The translations under genes and the position numbers were made by a program. This document shows positions 57,578-64,000 of a DNA stretch of 64,000 nucleotides, in pieces (the first letter of the stretch is position 1; the number at the start of each line of letters is the position of its first letter). The notes below the pieces were generated by a model. The model worked only from the letters and a program-made list of their open reading frames with translations. It ran no database searches and was not told the origin of the DNA. The stretch lies in the IMG/VR virus record IMGVR_UViG_3300014205_000176. One strand, given 5' to 3'. The DNA comes from a virus. Lineage: Duplodnaviria; Heunggongvirae; Uroviricota; Caudoviricetes.

Positions 57578-58534
57578 ATGGGATGGAGAGATCTTCTAGA
57601 GACTGAAGGCAACAGCATTACTTTGCCTTGGACTGGCGGGAGATCTCTCTGCCTCAACGGACAAGTCTGGAATATTGAGAACAGACTACCAATCGAACAT
57701 GGTTGGTATTCTTTTGTAATTTCTGGACGGAAGGCTACGCGCTACGAGATCTCGGCAGCTGGAGCCAATCCAAACATCCTGACCAACATAGTCACTGGGT
57801 ACTTGGTAGGTAACCGCTTGGTACCCGATGATGCGCGGGTTGACCCAGATCCAAAGACGATTGCAGCCAATTCCGAGCAGGTTTTTCTGGTTGATGACGG
57901 CCTTGACCGGTTCGCCCGAGTCTCTGCCGGCCGTACCTGCGATGATGGCCCCCTGATCTTCAGGCAGCAAGAGATGCCGCTGGGTCCGGAGGATGAAGTT
58001 CTCCAAGCTTTTTTTGAAGATTCTTTGAATATCTATCAATGTAGGGATATAAAAGGAGTAGTACCGGCGTTAGATGCAGCTTTCCGCATGGAGATTTGGC
58101 AAAAGATAGAAGCCGAACGAAGACGCCAGGAGCTTGAACGTCTTAGACGTGAAGAAGAGGAACGTCGTGCTCGTGAAGAGCGGCGACAAGCATTGATTGC
58201 TAACCTTGGAAATGCAGAGACGCGACGAGAGCTTGCAAAGATTGACTTTGGCGAAGCTGCTCGGGCGGCTTTAGCGGTAGGAAATGCACAATATTTAGAC
58301 CATCGCAAAGCCCCGAGACGTGGGGAGATGGTGGTTAGATACAGATTAGACAGAAGACGTTTTGAATGTGTCTGTGATGAACGGACTTTACGCATTATTG
58401 ACGCAGGTATATGTCTTACATCACATACCACCGGAGTCAAAGGAGATACATTATTTACTCTTGAAAGTTTACCATCTGTTGTATCCGAGGCAATAAGGGA
58501 AGATGTATTAGTTGTATATAGACATGTTGATTAA
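57578..58534 (+). CDS. hypothetical protein with Arg/Glu-rich coiled coil
   Basis: 318-aa ORF. Confidence 0.45.
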   Translation: MGWRDLLETEGNSITLPWTGGRSLCLNGQVWNIENRLPIEHGWYSFVISGRKATRYEISAAGANPNILTNIVTGYLVGNRLVPDDARVDPDPKTIAANSEQVFLVDDGLDRFARVSAGRTCDDGPLIFRQQEMPLGPEDEVLQAFFEDSLNIYQCRDIKGVVPALDAAFRMEIWQKIEAERRRQELERLRREEEERRAREERRQALIANLGNAETRRELAKIDFGEAARAALAVGNAQYLDHRKAPRRGEMVVRYRLDRRRFECVCDERTLRIIDAGICLTSHTTGVKGDTLFTLESLPSVVSEAIREDVLVVYRHVD

Positions 58535-58558
58535 TCTTTATTAACAAAGGATTTATTT

Positions 58559-58951
58559 ATGATGGAAGCTGGAGTATTGCTAGGGCCGAATAATTCTGTT
58601 ATTCATTGGCATACACCTAATGCTCGAAGCGGTGGATCTTTACCAGACAGTGTTGATCTTTGGCAAATTATTTGGGAAAATTGTGCTATAGTTAGCGGGT
58701 TTGCTCATACCCACCCTGGTAGTGGAGTTCCTGGACCGTCACATACTGATATTACGACTTTCATTGCAGTTGAAAAAGGATTAGGGAAACATTTAAATTG
58801 GTTTATTCTAAGTTCAGACTCACAAGCATTATGTCTCTTCGATAATGAAATGGGCGAATTGCCAAGCGGAATCATCACCGTTGAACTTTATGTCGAGAAC
58901 ACGACCAAGATGACCTGGATGAGTAAGCTAAGAGAACTCTCACACTATTAA
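58559..58951 (+). CDS. JAB/MPN (JAMM) metalloprotease domain protein
   Basis: 'GFAHTHPGSGVPGPSHTDI' JAMM motif HxHx7Sx2D. Confidence 0.55.
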   Translation: MMEAGVLLGPNNSVIHWHTPNARSGGSLPDSVDLWQIIWENCAIVSGFAHTHPGSGVPGPSHTDITTFIAVEKGLGKHLNWFILSSDSQALCLFDNEMGELPSGIITVELYVENTTKMTWMSKLRELSHY

Positions 58952-58961
58952 GGATAATGAC

Positions 58962-59234
58962 ATGGTAAACATCGCAGCTAATGAAGCAATTGTAAACGTT
59001 ACTTGGGCAGGAAACAACGGAGACCTTCGAGATCCCGTTTCTTTCGATGCTACCGATGAGGAAATAAGGGCCTGGGTAACTGAGGCTGTTCGTACTGGTG
59101 GTGTAGCAAATATTCCAGCAGATCCAAATGCTGATTTCACTGATTTTGTTATTGATCGGTATGCAGCAACTGAAGAGACACCTTTCTGTAGGTTGTTCGC
59201 CCGTCCGAAAACACCATTCGGACTTGATATATAG
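58962..59234 (+). CDS. hypothetical protein
   Basis: 90-aa ORF between the JAB and E1-like genes. Confidence 0.35.
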   Translation: MVNIAANEAIVNVTWAGNNGDLRDPVSFDATDEEIRAWVTEAVRTGGVANIPADPNADFTDFVIDRYAATEETPFCRLFARPKTPFGLDI

Positions 59235-59598
59235 TCGTATGTGAATAAAATTAACATAGATATATAAACGAACTTTCCGAGAAATATAAATCTGAAAAAT
59301 TCTTCTCACTTAAGGTGAGATACAGACTCGGGTACGGTTGGGTGAGTAAGCCAGTTGAAACTTTTCCATTCATGTAATACAGCTCTGACTCCGGTGAAAC
59401 TGTACGTGTATGAGTAGGATCAGCTGGCCTTGAGTAGGAGGTAATGGTGCTTCCTCTCTTGTGTAAATAAAGATAATCAATACAGGACTAACACCGATAA
59501 TGATACTACAATTAGCGGTTAGCTGTTAGATTTGTCAGGATTAAGCAATCAGCCATAAGTCATTAGACTTTAGCAATCAGCCAACTTGTATTTACGTT

Positions 59599-59838
59599 AT
59601 GAACCCTTCCGTACCCGTTATATTAAAGGTAATCAAACCTACTTTGACTTATAGGGTTGTAGAGACGGATAATCTCGGAAGGGATTATCCAGATGAAAAA
59701 TTTAAGTGTTTCGGTATTCCTAATAAAGAAATGGCTGACGTCATTTGTGAGGCCATTAATAAACGATATAGTTGTTCATTTAGATACCATATTGTGGTTG
59801 ATAGTAATTATCAATTAGCACCTGGATTTGAACCATGA
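59599..59838 (+). CDS. hypothetical small protein
   Basis: 79-aa ORF. Confidence 0.35.
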   Translation: MNPSVPVILKVIKPTLTYRVVETDNLGRDYPDEKFKCFGIPNKEMADVICEAINKRYSCSFRYHIVVDSNYQLAPGFEP

Positions 59839-60341
59839 ATTACATCAACTCAATTAACTATGAATCCGTTGATGCTCAGACGATTGGTATTATTATTGTA
59901 ATTCCAGTTACCGGAATGGAGAAGCGGCCTTTTATAGCCACATATCATAAATGTGAGGGTTGCGAGCGCCAAGCGCAATATGAGAATTTCTGTTCTAAGT
60001 GTGGTGGTAAGATTATTGAAGTTACGGAAAAAGTAAAATACCATAATAGTTATCAAATGGAAGATGTCCCAATTCCTGATGTTCGTCAAGAAATGAACGA
60101 TCTTGGAATTGAAAATCATCTACCATTTAATGAAGACCAAGAAGATATGGTTTGGAAATTTGTCTTTAAATGTTATGCAACTATTGGTGATCGAAGCTAC
60201 CACGTTCCATTTATTGAAGAGTTGGATCTTAAACAGATTCATAGCGACCTAGAAGAAGCAAAAGAGAAATTTAAGGAAGTACTCGAAAAGTACAATGGTA
60301 AAGTTGTGTTCGGTATTGCTGGTGATTTCGCAGATTGGTAA
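59835..60341 (+). CDS. hypothetical zinc-ribbon protein
   Basis: 'CEGCERQ...CSKCGGK'. Confidence 0.4.
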   Translation: MNYINSINYESVDAQTIGIIIVIPVTGMEKRPFIATYHKCEGCERQAQYENFCSKCGGKIIEVTEKVKYHNSYQMEDVPIPDVRQEMNDLGIENHLPFNEDQEDMVWKFVFKCYATIGDRSYHVPFIEELDLKQIHSDLEEAKEKFKEVLEKYNGKVVFGIAGDFADW

Positions 60342-60379
60342 TAATGGCAGCTCAACGCCATACAAATTGAGACGTAAAT

Positions 60380-60952
60380 ATGTCAAAGAGAGCAGTTATC
60401 GTTGGCGTTGGAGCCCTTGGATCTCACGTTGCTCAGCTATTGAGGAATGTAGCAGATCTTCGCCTTGTAGATTTTGATCGTATTGAAACCAGAAATATTC
60501 TATCCCAATTCCATGCCAAAACTAATATTGGTAGGGCAAAGGCAATTTCATTACAACAGACCATGAATTTCCTATTCGGCACCAAAGTTTCCATCATCTG
60601 CAATAAGCTGGTCGAGAATAACGCCGAACAACTTCTTGGGGAAGTAGATCTTATCATCGATTGCTTAGATAATGCCGAGGCGCGCAGGATCGTCCAGAAC
60701 TACGCCCGCAAGGAGAAGGTCCCGTGCCTTCATGGTGGATTAGCTGCCGATGGACAATTCGGAATTTCCATCTGGGATGAGAACTACGAGATTCAAGACG
60801 GCCCGGTTGGAGCGCCTACATGTGAGAATGGAGACCAGCTTCCGTTCATTGCGGTGGTATCTTCTTACATCACCATTTCTGCGCAGGAATTTCTTGTCAG
60901 GAATAAGAGATATGGATTCATGATCTCTCCACAGAATGCGACAAGAGTATGA
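60380..60952 (+). CDS. ThiF/MoeB-like E1 (ubiquitin-activating-like) adenylyltransferase
   Basis: 'VIVGVGALGSHVAQLL', 'DFDRIETRNILSQF', 'IIDCLDNAEARRIV' E1/ThiF nucleotide-binding fold. Confidence 0.6.
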   Translation: MSKRAVIVGVGALGSHVAQLLRNVADLRLVDFDRIETRNILSQFHAKTNIGRAKAISLQQTMNFLFGTKVSIICNKLVENNAEQLLGEVDLIIDCLDNAEARRIVQNYARKEKVPCLHGGLAADGQFGISIWDENYEIQDGPVGAPTCENGDQLPFIAVVSSYITISAQEFLVRNKRYGFMISPQNATRV

Positions 60953-61158
60953 TAGTACGAGAATTGATTGAAAAACTTTCATCTCTGGACCCAGAACTTC
61001 CTGTAATTATGGTTCATAGAGAAACTGCCCAAGACACTTTATTACTCGATGTTGTGATTGTAAGTGTCGGAAAGCACTCTAAGGGCCTCGGAATACCACA
61101 AGGCACACCAGCTGCTTTTCTAAATGAAACTAAAGAACCTTATATCAATTCAAAGGTT

Positions 61159-61425
61159 ATGAAAAGCATACTATTAATAATCCTAATATCTCTTGTTGGT
61201 TGCACTGAAAACGCTCGTGCTCGTGCAGGCGGCGGCCATATGAACGTCAACCTTCCAATGTGTAGAAGGCTTGTCACAGCTACATGGAAGGAAGCTGACC
61301 TTTGGTATCTCACAGAACCAATGGGCGCGAACAAGCCAAGAACAACTACCTTCAACGAAATTTCCAATTACGGTATTAACCAAGGATCAGTTTCGTTTAT
61401 TGAGAAATGTGACGAGGATAGATAG
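61159..61425 (+). CDS. small lipoprotein
   Basis: Lipobox signal 'MKSILLIILISLVGC' with AAGG RBS. The six-frame ORF extends upstream to 60949 with no intervening stop, so the true start is uncertain. Confidence 0.35.
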   Translation: MKSILLIILISLVGCTENARARAGGGHMNVNLPMCRRLVTATWKEADLWYLTEPMGANKPRTTTFNEISNYGINQGSVSFIEKCDEDR

Positions 61426-62366
61426 TGATTCAGAACTTCATCTTTGATATGGAGACCGCAGACCCTGATGATGTGTTTACGCTAGCTTTTCTAGCAACGC
61501 ATCCTAGGTCGAATCTAGTGGCGGTCACCATTCATCCTGGTGGCAAAGATCAAGTTGGCCTCGTCAAACATGTATTGAATCTTCTTGGTAAAAAGATTCC
61601 GGTTGGGGTAGGAACTCCAAAAGGGAATAAGCCAAGAGTGTCTCAATTCCATTATGATTGGTTTGGTAGAGTCCCAGATCAAGATCCTGATGGAACGGCA
61701 ATTGAAGTAATTCATGACGTCATAACCCCACCGCGCGGAATATCTTTCGAGCCACGAGAGTTTCACTTGGTGACCGGAGCTGCTCTAACCAATATTGCAG
61801 ATTCGGCTCACGCCCTGACAAACATTCCTGAAGGTGGGCGAGTATCTCCTGGGTTTTTTACCAAATGGACTTGTCAAGGTGGCTTTGCTGGAGATAATAT
61901 TGTCCCTCCTGAATTGCGCCTTCCTAAGTTTGATGGGCGTCTTACCTGTCCAACCTTCAATCTTGGTGGCGATTGGCGAGCAGCCGAGTATCTAACCAGA
62001 GGTGGTGGTCCACCAATTGAAGTTAGGAATTTCGTCCCCAAGAATGTTTGCCACGGAATCATCCACGGCCCAGAGGCTAATGAGCAGATCCCAAATGGCG
62101 CGCACCCAGGTCTTGATTTCATTAAGGCTGGGATGAATCATTACTTCAAGAAACATCCAGGCGGAAAAGCTTTGCACGATGTGATTGCAGCCGCAGCGGC
62201 AATCGAACCAGCCATCGGAACTTGGAAATCGGTATCTCTTTACAGAACCCATAACAATGAATGGGGCTGTAAAGAATATTCTAAATATCAATCTAATGTG
62301 CAATTTGGCTCTGAGATAATGATTAAGCTTGATATTTCTGCGTTCAATAAAGTTCTAGTGGCTTAA
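61425..62366 (+). CDS. nucleoside hydrolase-like protein (IUNH family)
   Basis: N-terminal aspartate cluster 'IFDMETADPDDVF' resembles the IUNH DXDXXXDD motif. Confidence 0.4.
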   Translation: MIQNFIFDMETADPDDVFTLAFLATHPRSNLVAVTIHPGGKDQVGLVKHVLNLLGKKIPVGVGTPKGNKPRVSQFHYDWFGRVPDQDPDGTAIEVIHDVITPPRGISFEPREFHLVTGAALTNIADSAHALTNIPEGGRVSPGFFTKWTCQGGFAGDNIVPPELRLPKFDGRLTCPTFNLGGDWRAAEYLTRGGGPPIEVRNFVPKNVCHGIIHGPEANEQIPNGAHPGLDFIKAGMNHYFKKHPGGKALHDVIAAAAAIEPAIGTWKSVSLYRTHNNEWGCKEYSKYQSNVQFGSEIMIKLDISAFNKVLVA

Positions 62367-62881
62367 TGAAAGAAATTCAATTAACACAAGGACAGGTTGC
62401 GCTTGTAGATGACGATGATTTTGAATCGGTAAATAAGTATAAATGGTACGCTTATTATGATAAGCGCTGGGATGTGTATTACGCTCAACGCAAAGAGAGT
62501 AAGAAAACTATAAGAATGCACAGAGCGATCTTTGGTATCACAAATTCCAAAGTGCATATTGACCACATAGACCATAATGGAACTAATAATCAAAGATATA
62601 ATCTTAGAATATGTCTAGGATCAGAAAATCAGATTAATAGAAGAAAATGGGCCGGATCCTCTAAATATAAAGGGGTGTGTTTTTTTAGAAGAGATTTAAA
62701 GTGGTTCGCTTACATAACATCAGAAGGACAGCAAATCCATCTTGGTAGTTTTGACAACGAAATAGATGCTGCGTTCGCTTATGATAACGCAGCTAAAAGA
62801 TTGCACGGCAAATGCGCATTGTTAAATTTCACTTCATGCTCATCATTAGATAATAATTGCACTGATAATACTTTATGTTGA
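62366..62881 (+). CDS. HNH homing endonuclease with AP2 domain (paralog of 56996-57532)
   Basis: 'IDHIDHNGTNNQRYNL' plus 'YKGVCFFRRDLKWFAYI...LGSFDNEIDAAFAYDNAAKRLHGKCALLNF'. Confidence 0.65.
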   Translation: MKEIQLTQGQVALVDDDDFESVNKYKWYAYYDKRWDVYYAQRKESKKTIRMHRAIFGITNSKVHIDHIDHNGTNNQRYNLRICLGSENQINRRKWAGSSKYKGVCFFRRDLKWFAYITSEGQQIHLGSFDNEIDAAFAYDNAAKRLHGKCALLNFTSCSSLDNNCTDNTLC

Positions 62882-63084
62882 CTATCCATTTGCAGTCGAG
62901 AGGCCTTAGCCTCACTCCAATAAATCCCAGAAGAAGAGAAACGGACTTGACAGCGGCTGGGATTCGGATAGAATGCTCACCCGGTTCGAAAAAAAATCGA
63001 ATCGTATACTAATAAGTTCGTATATTTTCTCAATGGCGCTTCACAGAGGGTTGGTCCCTCACCTACTACATAAGTTGGAAAACT

Positions 63085-63565
63085 CAGCTTTATGCCTCGC
63101 GTCCGGTAAAATGGATTCACTTTTGTGAAGCTTACACGCCGTGGTTCGACTCCACAAAGCGCCACGATCCTTTGACACTACTCCCCCGTAATCAAAGGAT
63201 AAGTGATCAGGGCCTTGAACAGTTCTGGTTGCACTAAAGCTATCAACATACCGTGCTTACACGCTCATAACGTACGTCCGGACAGAGTTCCGGACAACCC
63301 AAAAGCACTGTTACTCGATAGCTTAAATTCTTGGGGTTATATCGAGGTTTGGTACCTCAACTGACAGTTAATCAGAATATAATTTCGCATTAGCACTCGC
63401 GTCCTTCAGAAGATGCATAAGTTAAAGCGTACAAGCTCGTGGTTCGATTCCACGTAACCCCGCCAACGCAGTCAAATTCGAGATGCATACACGCAATTAT
63501 GCCAAATGGTTAGGCATTTCTCTTGAAAAGAAAAAATAGTAGGTTCAATTCCTGCATTTGCAACA
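63085..63565 (+). ncRNA. cluster of tRNA-like T-arm/acceptor motifs (candidate tRNA genes or Y-RNA-like modules)
   Basis: No ORF over 70 aa over about 730 nt. T-arm-like units GTGG-TTCGACT-CCAC (63141-55), CGTGG-TTCGATT-CCACG followed by TAACCCC-G-CCA (63438-65) with complementary GGGGTTA at 63333-39, and GTAGG-TTCAATT-CCTGC (63543-59); the repeated word CTCGCGTCC occurs twice. Confidence 0.3.
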
Positions 63566-63614
63566 AAAACAAGCATTTCTCCTCGACTGCGTAAACATTA
63601 CAAATTGGTTCAAG

Positions 63615-64000
63615 TTGAAAATTTGCGATAAGTGCCATAAAGAATTAGAAGTAGAAAAGTTTGAATGGACAAATAAATGTAAGAAGTACAGGCGAAATAC
63701 ATGTATGGCTTGTCGCAGACTCAGGCCTTGTCGCGCCAATCATAAACAAAAAGTGAACGCATATCAGCGAAGATATAGATCAACTCACCCAGCTTGGGCT
63801 ATATTAAGAGACTCACAACAATCAGATAAAAAGAAGAGTTTGTCTAATGATTTAGATCTGGAGTATGTAGGTTTGCAAATTAATCAGCCATGCTCATATT
63901 GTGGAGAAACAAAACTAAGAATGACCCTTGACCGAATTGATAATTCAATAGGTCACTTGAAATCAAATGTTATACCTGCCTGTATTCGTTGTAATTATAC
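63615..64000 (+). CDS. HNH endonuclease (3' partial, start uncertain)
   Basis: 'CDKCHKE...CMACRR...CSYCGETK...LDRIDNSIGHLKSNVIPACIRCNY' reaching the window edge; first in-frame ATG is 63705, TTG at 63615 is a possible start. Confidence 0.45.
   Translation, partial: MKICDKCHKELEVEKFEWTNKCKKYRRNTCMACRRLRPCRANHKQKVNAYQRRYRSTHPAWAILRDSQQSDKKKSLSNDLDLEYVGLQINQPCSYCGETKLRMTLDRIDNSIGHLKSNVIPACIRCNY

Noticed and set aside
60949-61158. Treating 60949..61425 as one 158-aa protein
   Set aside because: A lipoprotein signal peptide with lipobox occurs in the middle, preceded by an RBS. This is more consistent with a separate 88-aa lipoprotein starting at 61159, and the upstream extension is probably non-coding read-through.

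Overview
The window reads as a dense, almost entirely plus-strand phage genome segment, most likely from a large or jumbo phage. The main finding is a compact, phage-borne type I CRISPR-Cas locus at about 34.4-40.7 kb: Cas3 (HD nuclease plus helicase), Cas7, Cas5 and Cas6, followed by an array of about 17 repeats of 36 bp. No large subunit (Cas8) and no Cas1/Cas2/Cas4 adaptation genes are present in the window. A second theme is an RNA-repair toolkit: a Ro60/Rsr-like TROVE+vWA protein, an RtcB RNA ligase interrupted by a LAGLIDADG intein, Tpt1/KptA, a Thg1-like nucleotidyltransferase and MazG, together with several tRNA-like acceptor/T-arm minihelices and a possible tRNA cluster in the large non-coding stretches. 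Other notable content: a PARG-like macrodomain; an NfeD plus flotillin (SPFH) pair; a ThDP enzyme plus KAS-III-like cassette on a strand-switched island; a radical-SAM protein; a JAB plus E1-like ubiquitin-like module; ThyX; NAD-dependent DNA ligase; GH24 lysozyme and M23 peptidase; and many homing endonucleases (GIY-YIG, at least five HNH including one frameshifted copy, and the intein LAGLIDADG). All calls rest on motifs read by eye from the supplied translations; no similarity searches or covariance models were run.
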